Positions 19,047 through 27,212 of a stretch of DNA of 64,000 bases are shown piece after piece. The stretch's first letter is position 1. Each line of letters opens with the position of its first letter. The stretch covers positions 370 to 64,369 of the forward strand of contig CAYRGW010000004.1 in assembly GCA_964423815.1 (NCBI GenBank), given 5' to 3'. The translations under genes were made by a program, and so were the position numbers. This stretch comes from an uncultured Solibacteraceae bacterium (lineage in GTDB: Bacteria > Acidobacteriota > Vicinamibacteria > Vicinamibacterales > SCN-69-37). The notes under the pieces were generated by a model. It saw only the letters and a list, made by a program, of their open reading frames with translations, was not told where the DNA came from and ran no database searches.

Positions 19047-20253
19047 ACGAACGTTTCTTGGTCAGACCCTCAGCGCGTTTGGTGGCGTGGCGCTGCTGCC
19101 CACGGCGGCAGACCTGCTTCCTTTTCTCACCCAGACGGCCGTCGTCAAAGTCGGCATTGTGGGTACCGGTCGTCACGGCCGGGCGATCATCACGGAGCTT
19201 CAGAAGATTCCGCAGGTCGAGATCGCCGCGGTGTGTGATCGATCCGAGGCACGCTTGGCGCTCGCCACGCAGCGCGCGCAGTCGGCCGCCACATTCACCG
19301 ACCACACGGTGATGCTTGCGCAACGGCCGGACGTGACCGCAATTGTGGTGGCCACGCCGACACACCTGCATCGGGCGATTGTGGAGGATGTGATCGCGGC
19401 GGGGCGTCATGTGTATTGTGAGGGGCCGATCGCGTCCACGGTCGAGGATTGTCGCGCGATGGCGGCCGCCGCGGCGTCGGCCAAGACGATCTGTCAGGCG
19501 GGATTTCAGGGTCGGTCCAATCCGACCTACAAACGGGCGCAGCCACTCGTCCGCACAGAACTCCGCGATCTTGTCTCGATGTCCGCGCAGTGGCACCGGA
19601 AGACGTCGTGGCGTTTTCCCTCCGGCGGTGGTGACACGGATGCACAGGCCAACTGGCGGCTGGACCCGGCAGTGTCGCTGGGATTGGCCGGCGAGGTCGG
19701 AGCGCAGCAGTTTGATGTGGCCCACTGGTGGCGCGGGTCGTATCCGGCTCGGGTCATCGGACGGGGCGGTGTTCGGCACCATAAGGATGGTCGCAGCGTC
19801 CCGGACACGATCGACCTCGACCTGATTTGGGCGGACGGTGTGACCCTGCGGTACAGCGCGACCCTGGCCAACTCCTCCGGCGCGCAATTTGAGGTGGTGA
19901 ACGGTGTCAATGGATCGATCCGGTTGAACTGGACCCACGGATGGTTGTTCAAGGAAGCCGACGCGCCGACCCAGGGCTGGGAGGTCTACGCCACACGTCA
20001 GCAGATTTTCAACGAGGAGGGCATTGTGCTGATCGCCAATGCCACGCAGTTGGCCGAGCAGGGCAACCTGCAAGCCGGTGCGGGCCTGCCACATCCGTCG
20101 TTGTACTACTCGCTGATGGACTTCCTCAAGAGTGTGACGGAAGGGGCACCGGTCGCCTGTTCATTGGCTGAAGGCGCGCGCGCGTCGATCGTCGGGATTC
20201 TGGCCAATCAGGCGATCGTGACGGGCCAGGAAGTCGTCGTCGCGCTGGACTGA
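19039..20253 (+). CDS. Tat-exported Gfo/Idh/MocA-like protein with EGP in place of EKP
   Basis: MDRRTFL; VGTGRHG; TPTHLH; YCEGP. Confidence 0.85.
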   Translation: MDRRTFLGQTLSAFGGVALLPTAADLLPFLTQTAVVKVGIVGTGRHGRAIITELQKIPQVEIAAVCDRSEARLALATQRAQSAATFTDHTVMLAQRPDVTAIVVATPTHLHRAIVEDVIAAGRHVYCEGPIASTVEDCRAMAAAAASAKTICQAGFQGRSNPTYKRAQPLVRTELRDLVSMSAQWHRKTSWRFPSGGGDTDAQANWRLDPAVSLGLAGEVGAQQFDVAHWWRGSYPARVIGRGGVRHHKDGRSVPDTIDLDLIWADGVTLRYSATLANSSGAQFEVVNGVNGSIRLNWTHGWLFKEADAPTQGWEVYATRQQIFNEEGIVLIANATQLAEQGNLQAGAGLPHPSLYYSLMDFLKSVTEGAPVACSLAEGARASIVGILANQAIVTGQEVVVALD

Positions 20254-20277
20254 CGCGCGCGCTGACCGGCTCCGAGG

Positions 20278-20964
20278 TCAGAAAGCGCCGGCGTACCACG
20301 CGAGAAATGATCGCCACGTTTCCGATGAAACAACGGGTCCCATCGTGATTTGGACGGCGACAAAAAACACCAGCGACAACGGATACGCAAGCTGCCGCTG
20401 ACCGGAGCGGTAGTCGCCGATGATGAGCGCGAGCAGAATCAGTTCCACGGTCAGAAAACTTCCGTGCAGCGCCTGCATGAAGTCCACATGTGGCGCGAGA
20501 ACGCGCGCGTACAGGCGAGTCAGCGCAGGTGGAAATGCCAGCAGCACCGTGGCGACCATGAACCGTTTGTGCGCGGCGGGGCGACGCACGTTCAGGAGCG
20601 CCAGCGTCACCAGGACGATCAAAAACGCGATCGAAGGAAGGTCGATAAAGGCCAGGAGCGGCGGCAGAAACGGCGGCATGGCCGTGTTGTGGTGCATCAC
20701 CTGTACCATGTACAGCGCGCTGCCGATCATGACGGGCAGGAGCGCCAGCGCGACCCAGGCGACACGCCGATGCCAGACGCGAAGCCCACGCGCCATCAGC
20801 CACGACTGCACAATGAGCGCGACCACCCATCCTGTGGCGGACACGCCGTGGACGGTGTGCCACGTCGTGCCACCAGTAAGCGGCTGAAAAAATGACGGCC
20901 AGAATCCGGCAACAATGGCTGCCAGGGCGACGAGCAAGTACCAGTGTGCAAAACGGTACGACAT
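20278..20964 (-). CDS. Hypothetical multi-pass membrane protein
   Basis: About 7 TM; His-containing motifs HGVS, WHRRV, HKRFM. Confidence 0.75.
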   Translation of the reverse strand: MSYRFAHWYLLVALAAIVAGFWPSFFQPLTGGTTWHTVHGVSATGWVVALIVQSWLMARGLRVWHRRVAWVALALLPVMIGSALYMVQVMHHNTAMPPFLPPLLAFIDLPSIAFLIVLVTLALLNVRRPAAHKRFMVATVLLAFPPALTRLYARVLAPHVDFMQALHGSFLTVELILLALIIGDYRSGQRQLAYPLSLVFFVAVQITMGPVVSSETWRSFLAWYAGAF

Positions 20965-21015
20965 GAACGCTCCGTGGCTGGGGTGGCCGATTCTACATCA
21001 GCACTACGATAGGAC

Positions 21016-22038
21016 ATGCGTGGGTTGTCCCCCATCGTTCTTGCAAGCGTGCTGCTGTCGGCCTGCGCCAGCGCGCCGACGGTCGAGTCATTTCCGCCGC
21101 TGACGCCCTCGGAACGTTCCTGTGTCGACCATGCCGATGGGGTGACCTGGGTGCGCACCGCGCCGCCCGCCCATCAGACGACGCTTGATGCGTGGTGTGC
21201 GTCCGTCGGGCCCCCGTGGCGTCACACGGGTGTGCCGGTCGCCCCGCCTCCCGAAACCCTCATCGTCATCAGCTGGAACATGAACGTGGGCCGTGGCAGT
21301 CTTGACGACCTGCTTGCCCACCTCAGAGCTGAGTTCAAGGAGGAGTTGCTGCAGGAACGAGCGGGCCTGGTGCTGCTCCTGCAGGAGGTGCATCGCGAGA
21401 GCGCCACCGTGCCCGCGTTGCCACGCTTCCCGCGCGCAGTGCCGAGGCAGATACGTCCGCCTGTGTCCGCACCAGACATTGAGCAACTCGCGCAGGCAGT
21501 GGGCATGTCTGCCGTCTATGTACCGTCAATGCGAAACGGTAGCGGCGCTGTTGATCCGCAGGACCGCGGCAATGCGATCCTCACCACCGAGACGCTCGGT
21601 GCGCCGACCGCCATCGAGTTGCCGTTTGGACGCCAGCGTCGTGTCGCCGTCGGTGCGACCATCCACGACATCCGGTTCATCTCGGTGCATCTGGATACGA
21701 GCCGCGCCCGCGTGTTGCAGGCGGAAGCGCTCGCCGCGGCCGACCTCCCGATCGTGTCGGGCACCGTGGTGGCCGGCGATCTGAATTCTGTTGAGGGGCG
21801 CAACGACGGCAGTCACAAAACCCTGGCCAGCCGCTTTCCCTCACAGCCCTGTGGCGACACGCGCACCCATGCGTGGCCGTGGCGACTTGAAATGTTCTTC
21901 GGGGGCTGGGTTGGCAGACTCGATCACATCTTCACGAGCCTGCCGGCGGGTCGGTGGTCAACCAGTTGTTCGACCGTTCCGCACTTCTTCGGATCCGATC
22001 ACCGGCCGCTGGTGCTGGTGCTGCGGGTGGTCCGTTAG
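21016..22038 (+). CDS. Endonuclease/exonuclease/phosphatase family lipoprotein
   Basis: Lipobox LSAC; SWN, LQE, RGNAI, HL, GDLN, RLDHIF and SDHRP motifs. Confidence 0.9.
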   Translation: MRGLSPIVLASVLLSACASAPTVESFPPLTPSERSCVDHADGVTWVRTAPPAHQTTLDAWCASVGPPWRHTGVPVAPPPETLIVISWNMNVGRGSLDDLLAHLRAEFKEELLQERAGLVLLLQEVHRESATVPALPRFPRAVPRQIRPPVSAPDIEQLAQAVGMSAVYVPSMRNGSGAVDPQDRGNAILTTETLGAPTAIELPFGRQRRVAVGATIHDIRFISVHLDTSRARVLQAEALAAADLPIVSGTVVAGDLNSVEGRNDGSHKTLASRFPSQPCGDTRTHAWPWRLEMFFGGWVGRLDHIFTSLPAGRWSTSCSTVPHFFGSDHRPLVLVLRVVR

Positions 22039-22039
22039 C

Positions 22040-22558
22040 TCACACCTCGGTCTTGCGGTGGGCCACCATGCGCAACGCGCCGTTGATCGCCGCGTGCAGG
22101 AGGAGGTACACCACAATCGCCACCACATACGAGATCATGAATTGTGATCCACCCACGGACGGATCATTGAGCAGCCCCTTGAAGGGCGCGAGCAGCGGGG
22201 AGGTGGCCGCGGCAATAAACCTGGCAAACCCCGCGCTCTCACGGGCGCCGAGCGCCTCAAGCAGGATCGAGATCCCAATGAGTCCGTAGATCAGGAAGAA
22301 CACGTAGTCCACGACCTGCGAGATACGCGCCGCGACGGTCCCGCGCTCAATCCGGGACTCGGTGGTTTCGACCTCGCGCACGGCCTTTGACTTCATCGAA
22401 TCAGCCAGTGCTTCGGTCCGCTCGCGTACTTCAGACGTCCGTACCACCGTCTCCGCCGCCACATCGTCATGCACCCGCTGGCTGACGTCGGACTTGATGG
22501 CCTCATGCTGGCGACGCTGGCGCTCTTCCTCGGCGGCGAGGGTCTGATCCTGATTCAT
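22040..22558 (-). CDS. YggT family membrane protein with charged N-terminal extension
   Basis: TSPLLAPFKGL YggT-like motif; AGGAG RBS. Confidence 0.75.
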   Translation of the reverse strand: MNQDQTLAAEEERQRRQHEAIKSDVSQRVHDDVAAETVVRTSEVRERTEALADSMKSKAVREVETTESRIERGTVAARISQVVDYVFFLIYGLIGISILLEALGARESAGFARFIAAATSPLLAPFKGLLNDPSVGGSQFMISYVVAIVVYLLLHAAINGALRMVAHRKTEV

Positions 22559-22662
22559 CTTTGGACTCCTGACAGAGAGTCCAGTGCAACACAGAAGGCG
22601 GACCAGCGGTGTGCCACAAGAGACATCGTTGGCGGAACGGGCTGGTAACCTGAACTTGTCCG

Positions 22663-23184
22663 ATGATCAAAATCCCTGCGCTTGCCCCAAGTCTCATCGT
22701 GTTGTTCCTCACCGCCGGGTCGATGGCGTGCGTCACGCTTGAGCAACTGCGCGGTCTGGTGCAGGCTCCGCAATTTTCCGAGGTGGACGATCGACGGGCG
22801 GAGATTCGGCTCGTGGGGCCGAGTGCCACGGCTCCGCTGGGCGGGGCGGCGATTCGGTTGTGGACGCGGGTCCACAATCCCAACGCCTTTGGTCTTACGC
22901 TCGCGACACTTCGCGGCTCGTTGTTTCTGGAAGGCAGCCGCGCAGCTGAGGCCGATTTTCCTCTCGGCCTGCCGCTGACGGCAGGCGGCGACTCGGTGAT
23001 TCCGCTCGACCTGCGCGTGAGTTTCTCAGACGTGCCCGGACTGGCCAATGCCATTCGCCGCGCGGTGTCCGGCGAGCCGCTGGCCTATCGGCTCAACGGC
23101 ACTGTTGGCGTTGATGCCCGTCAGTTCGGCACACCCACCTTCGGTCCGATGGATCTGCTGACCGGAAACATCCGGACACGCTGA
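22663..23184 (+). CDS. LEA type 2 (WHy domain) lipoprotein
   Basis: Lipobox-like SMAC; VHNPNAFGL; beta-rich. Confidence 0.8.
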   Translation: MIKIPALAPSLIVLFLTAGSMACVTLEQLRGLVQAPQFSEVDDRRAEIRLVGPSATAPLGGAAIRLWTRVHNPNAFGLTLATLRGSLFLEGSRAAEADFPLGLPLTAGGDSVIPLDLRVSFSDVPGLANAIRRAVSGEPLAYRLNGTVGVDARQFGTPTFGPMDLLTGNIRTR

Positions 23185-23221
23185 GCCCGGCCCTGGAGAG
23201 GGTCCAGCATCCACGCGGCCA

Positions 23222-23255
23222 TTGACACGTGGTGCATGCAATGTGCATATTGCAT
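23222..23255 (+). promoter_or_regulatory. Sigma70 promoter with palindromic TA operator
   Basis: TTGACA at 23222-23227; ATGCAAT-GTGCAT-ATTGCAT inverted repeat (23236-23255) over the -10 region. Confidence 0.65.
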
Positions 23256-23258
23256 GGT

Positions 23259-23507
23259 ATGGGCACCAAGACGATTTCTCTGAAAAACGAGGCCTATGCG
23301 CGGTTACGAGCGGCCCGGCGGTACCCCGATGAGTCGTTCAGCGAAGTCGTCCTGCGTGCGACGTGGCCGGAAGACACCGCGACGGCCGGGTCATTCTTGC
23401 GTTTGCTTCGGCAGCGACGCGTGCACTTCACAGACGATGAAATCGGCCGGATCGAAGAGCTGAAACGGGCCGATACGCCGCCGGAGGACAAGTGGGCCGC
23501 GCGCTGA
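23259..23507 (+). CDS. Antitoxin, VapB-like (UPF0330/DUF217 type)
   Basis: TKTISLKNEAYARL...ESFSEVVLR; overlaps the PIN toxin gene. Confidence 0.8.
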   Translation: MGTKTISLKNEAYARLRAARRYPDESFSEVVLRATWPEDTATAGSFLRLLRQRRVHFTDDEIGRIEELKRADTPPEDKWAAR

Positions 23508-23890
23508 TCCTGGAGACGACCTTTCTGATCGACCTGGATCGTGAGGAGCGACGGGGACAGCCCGGTCCGGCGGTCACGTTTCTTGAGCGCGAACCCGATG
23601 CACGCCTGTACGTCCCTTCAGCAGTGGCCGGCGAACTTGCCGGAGGGCCATCCTCGCGCGACCGCGACAAATGGGAAGCGTTTATCGGGCCGTTGTTCGT
23701 GCTGCCGCCCACACCCGACATCTGCTGGCAGTACGGCCGGATCGTCCGTCACCTGAAAGACAACGGCCAACTGATCGGCACAAACGATCTGTGGATCGCC
23801 GCGACGGCTGTCGTCCACAACATGCCCCTTGCGACGCGCAACGCCGCACACTTCAGGCGCGTGCCGGATCTGGAACTCGAGACGTACTGA
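23492..23890 (+). CDS. vapC: PIN-domain toxin
   Basis: ILETTFLID; VAGEL; IGTNDLWIAATA; TRN..HF. Confidence 0.88.
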   Translation: MGRALILETTFLIDLDREERRGQPGPAVTFLEREPDARLYVPSAVAGELAGGPSSRDRDKWEAFIGPLFVLPPTPDICWQYGRIVRHLKDNGQLIGTNDLWIAATAVVHNMPLATRNAAHFRRVPDLELETY

Positions 23891-23910
23891 GACGTGCGTA
23901 CTTTGCCCCG

Positions 23911-23919
23911 TGTTATGCT
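23911..23919 (+). promoter_or_regulatory. Putative extended -10 promoter of the lysine operon leader
   Basis: TGtTATGCT 13 bp upstream of the leader ATG. Confidence 0.4.
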
Positions 23920-23932
23920 CTCCCCCGACGTT

Positions 23933-24025
23933 ATGTCACTCGTTGCCAAGCGCATGCAGATGAAGATCAAGCGGGCCTCGCTCAAGCGGGTCCCGCGCGC
24001 ATTGGCGGACGTAATGACGGCCTGA
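23933..24025 (+). CDS. Putative leader peptide, 30 aa, Lys/Met-rich: MSLVAKRMQMKIKRASLKRVPRALADVMTA
   Basis: Read directly from the sequence (not in the ORF track); four AAG Lys and four Met codons; directly upstream of the terminator and asd. Confidence 0.75.
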   Translation: MSLVAKRMQMKIKRASLKRVPRALADVMTA

Positions 24026-24066
24026 CGGTTCTTTCACCACAAGTCAGCCCACTCTCTTTACCCGCT
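23990..24066 (+). promoter_or_regulatory. Attenuator protector (1:2) and antiterminator (2:3) hairpins
   Basis: 1:2 = GTCC(C)GC 23990-96 with GCGGAC 24005-10. 2:3 = GGCGG(AC)GTAA 24004-14 with TTACCCGCT 24058-66, enclosing GG(C)CTGAC/GTCAGCC. Confidence 0.65.
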
Positions 24067-24096
24067 GATGCGCGCAAGCGCCCAGCGGGTTTTTTT
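24060..24096 (+). terminator. Intrinsic terminator (attenuator 3:4)
   Basis: ACCCGCTG/CAGCGGGT stem, inner GCGC-GCAA-GCGC, followed by a T run (24090-24096); lies 46 bp before asd. Confidence 0.88.
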
Positions 24097-24142
24097 ATGT
24101 CTCCAGACAGGCGTAATGACCACGACGACAAGGACGATCGCG

Positions 24143-25186
24143 ATGAAGAAGATTGAAGTAGGCGTACTCGGTGCCACCGGCATGGTGGGGCAACAGTTCA
24201 TCAGCCGGTTGGCGAACCATCCCTGGTTCGACGTGACCTGGTTGGCCGCAAGTGAACGCTCTGAAGGGAAGCGCTACGACTCCGCCGCACCGTGGCGATT
24301 GTCAACGCCGACTCCAGACGCCGTTCGTCCAATGATCATGAATGCCTGCGAACCGGGCCGTGGCCCGAAGGTCGTCTTTTCCGCTCTTGATGCCTCCGTC
24401 GCAGGCGAGGTGGAAGCCGCCTTCGCCGCCGCCGGACACATCGTCCTCAGCAACGCACGCAACCACCGGATGGATCCGCTGGTGCCGTTGCTGATTCCTG
24501 AAGTGAACGCGGATCACCTGGCACTCCTGAAGGAGCAACAGGCCGCCAAAGGATGGTCAGGCGCCATCGTCACCAATCCCAACTGCTCAACCATCGTGCT
24601 TGCGATCGCCTTGGCCCCGCTGCGCCAGTTCGGTCTGACCCGCGTGGTGGTGTCGACGATGCAGGCGGTGTCAGGGGCTGGGTATCCCGGTGTGCCCTCA
24701 CTGGACATCCTCGGCAACCTGGTGCCGTATATCGGCGGCGAAGAAGAGAAGATCGAAGCCGAGACCAACAAGATCCTCGGCGCCGATGGTGGTCGTGACC
24801 CGCACCCGGTCGTCATCAGCGCACACACCAACCGTGTCCCGGTGATCGATGGCCACACGATGACGGTGTCGGTGGAGCTGGAGTCCCGGCCATCCGTGGA
24901 AGAAGTGACCGAGGCGTTCCGCCAGTTCAGTGGCCGCCCGCAGGCGTTGAAATTGCCCACGGCCCCTGTGCCGGCGATCGTCGTACACACTGAAGCGAAT
25001 CGACCGCAGCCACGGCTGGATGCCGACCTCGGTGACGGCATGGCGGTGTCGGTGGGCCGTGTGCGCACGTGCCCGGTCTTCACGCACCGGTTCGTGACGC
25101 TCGGCCATAACACCGTCCGCGGTGCCGCCGGTGCGTCCATCCTCAACGCGGAACTGATGCAGGCGGATGGGTCATGGTTGTCCTGA
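24143..25186 (+). CDS. asd: Aspartate-semialdehyde dehydrogenase
   Basis: GVLGATGMVGQ; NPNCST catalytic Cys; HNTVRGAAG; AAGGA RBS. Confidence 0.96.
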   Translation: MKKIEVGVLGATGMVGQQFISRLANHPWFDVTWLAASERSEGKRYDSAAPWRLSTPTPDAVRPMIMNACEPGRGPKVVFSALDASVAGEVEAAFAAAGHIVLSNARNHRMDPLVPLLIPEVNADHLALLKEQQAAKGWSGAIVTNPNCSTIVLAIALAPLRQFGLTRVVVSTMQAVSGAGYPGVPSLDILGNLVPYIGGEEEKIEAETNKILGADGGRDPHPVVISAHTNRVPVIDGHTMTVSVELESRPSVEEVTEAFRQFSGRPQALKLPTAPVPAIVVHTEANRPQPRLDADLGDGMAVSVGRVRTCPVFTHRFVTLGHNTVRGAAGASILNAELMQADGSWLS

Positions 25187-26520
25187 AGTTCGGGGGCACG
25201 TCGGTTGCCGACCGCGCCGCGTTGCAACGGCTGATCAGGATCGTTCGCGACACCGGAGGGCCGCAGGCCGTCGTGGTGTCCGCGCTTGGAGGCGCGACCG
25301 ACCGCCTGCTTGGAATCGCCGCCCAGGCGGGCGCTGGTGATGCCGACGGCGCGCGGATCATCGTGCAGCAACTGCTCGACCGGCACGTGGAAGTAGTGGG
25401 CGTCATCAGCGACGGGACCCTTCGCAAGGACGTCGAACGTTTCCTGCTCGCGGAGTTCGAGGAACTTCGCCGTGTCGTAGACGCGCTCAGTGTGCTGCGC
25501 GAAGTGTCGCCCCGATGGCTTGATGCGATTGCCGCCGTCGGCGAGATCTGCAGTAGTCGGATTGTCGCGGCCGCCCTCACCAGTGAGGGAGTGCCTGCGG
25601 CGTGGGTGGATGCGCGGCAGGTCATGGTCACCACAAACGCGTTTACTGCGGCGCCACCGTTGATGGCCCAGACCACTGTTCGCGCGCGCGCGGCGATGAT
25701 GCCACTCTTGCACGCCGGCACGGTTCCCGTCATGGGAGGATTTGTCGGCGCGACCGAGCAGGGCGTCACGACGACACTGGGGCGTGGAGGGTCTGACTAT
25801 TCCGCTGCAATCCTTGGCGCCTGCCTCGATGCGTCAGAAATTCAGATCTGGACCGACGTGGACGGGATGTTGACTGCGGACCCGCGATTGGTGCCCGGTG
25901 CGCGACTGGTGCCGCAGCTATCGTTTGCCGAGGCCTCCGAATTGTCGTACTTCGGCGCAAAGGTTCTCCATCCTTCGACGATCCTGCCCGCGGTCGACAA
26001 GAACATCCCGGTCCGTATCCTCAACTCGCGGAATGCGGGCGTGGCCGGCACACGCATCACTGCATCCCGTCCCGCGACCGGGCAGCCTCTCACCGCCGTC
26101 GCCAGCAAACGTGGTGTGACGGTGGTCGACATCGCCTCCACGCGCATGCTGATGGCCCACGGTTTCCTGCATCGTTTGTTTGGCGTGTTTGAAAAACATG
26201 CGACGTCGGTCGACGTGGTGACGACCTCTGAGGTCTCCGTGTCGGTGACGGTCGACGATGTCCGGCGATTGCCGGCCGTGATTGCCGAGTTGAGCGAGTT
26301 TGCCGATGTCACCCGCGAAGACGACATGGCGGTGTTGTGCGCGGTGGGTGAGGGCATCGCCGGGGACGCCCGGTTCGTGGGCGAACTGCTCCGCGCGCTG
26401 GGGCCCGTCCCCATTCGGATGTTGTCGCAGGCCGCCGAACGACGGAACATTACCCTGGTGATTCCCGATACTGAACTGCCCACCGCGCTTGCGCGGGTCC
26501 ACGAGGTCTTTTTCTCATGA
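25174..26520 (+). CDS. lysC: Aspartate kinase (lysine-sensitive type, two ACT domains)
   Basis: VLKFGGTSV; TTTLGRGGSDYSA; WTDVDG; ACT domains. Confidence 0.95.
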   Translation: MVVLKFGGTSVADRAALQRLIRIVRDTGGPQAVVVSALGGATDRLLGIAAQAGAGDADGARIIVQQLLDRHVEVVGVISDGTLRKDVERFLLAEFEELRRVVDALSVLREVSPRWLDAIAAVGEICSSRIVAAALTSEGVPAAWVDARQVMVTTNAFTAAPPLMAQTTVRARAAMMPLLHAGTVPVMGGFVGATEQGVTTTLGRGGSDYSAAILGACLDASEIQIWTDVDGMLTADPRLVPGARLVPQLSFAEASELSYFGAKVLHPSTILPAVDKNIPVRILNSRNAGVAGTRITASRPATGQPLTAVASKRGVTVVDIASTRMLMAHGFLHRLFGVFEKHATSVDVVTTSEVSVSVTVDDVRRLPAVIAELSEFADVTREDDMAVLCAVGEGIAGDARFVGELLRALGPVPIRMLSQAAERRNITLVIPDTELPTALARVHEVFFS

Positions 26521-27212
26521 CACGCATCCTTCTGCTCGGGCACGGGCGTATGGGACGACTGGTCGAATCACTCGCGTCCGAGTGTGACTGTCAGATCGTC
26601 CAGGTGGTCACCAGTGTCGGTGGCGCGATGGTGATCGAAGCGTTGGACCAACCGGTGGATGTGGCGATTGATTTCACGACACCCGACGCCGTGCTCGCCA
26701 ACGTGGTGGCGCTCGGTCGTCGCGGTATCAGTGTCGTGATTGGGACCACGGGCTGGCAGGCCGTGGAGCCTGACGTGCGCGCGGCCGTGGAACAGTCGGG
26801 GATCGGCGCGTTGGCCGCGTCCAACTTTTCCATCGGCCTGCACGTGTTTCGGCGCGCGGTGGCCGCTGCGGCGGAGGGGTTTGCCTCCGACGAGACGGTC
26901 GGGGCCTGGGTTCACGAAGCGCATCACATCCACAAGAAGGACGCGCCCTCCGGCACCGCGCTGACACTGCGCGCGACGGTCGAGCAGGCCGGTTACCGCC
27001 GGCCTGTTGATGTTTCGTCCACTCGGGCGGGCGCGATCCCCGGCACACACACGGTCGGGTTTGACGGTCCCAGTGAAACCGTCACCCTGACCCACACGGT
27101 GCGGGACCGCGCGGTCTTCGCCCGGGGCGCATTGGACGTCGCGCGCTGGCTGGCGGGACGACGAGGGTGGTTGACGATCGATGACTTCATAAGCGGGAGA
27201 GAGCAGCGATGA
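26517..27212 (+). CDS. dapB: 4-hydroxy-tetrahydrodipicolinate reductase
   Basis: GHGRMG; IDFT; VIGTTG; EAHHIHKKDAPSGTA. Confidence 0.96.
   Translation: MTRILLLGHGRMGRLVESLASECDCQIVQVVTSVGGAMVIEALDQPVDVAIDFTTPDAVLANVVALGRRGISVVIGTTGWQAVEPDVRAAVEQSGIGALAASNFSIGLHVFRRAVAAAAEGFASDETVGAWVHEAHHIHKKDAPSGTALTLRATVEQAGYRRPVDVSSTRAGAIPGTHTVGFDGPSETVTLTHTVRDRAVFARGALDVARWLAGRRGWLTIDDFISGREQR

Noticed and set aside
23891-24142. Lysine riboswitch upstream of asd
   Set aside because: The space is too short once the uORF and terminator are placed, and I could not see the multi-helix L-box core; an Rfam scan would settle it.
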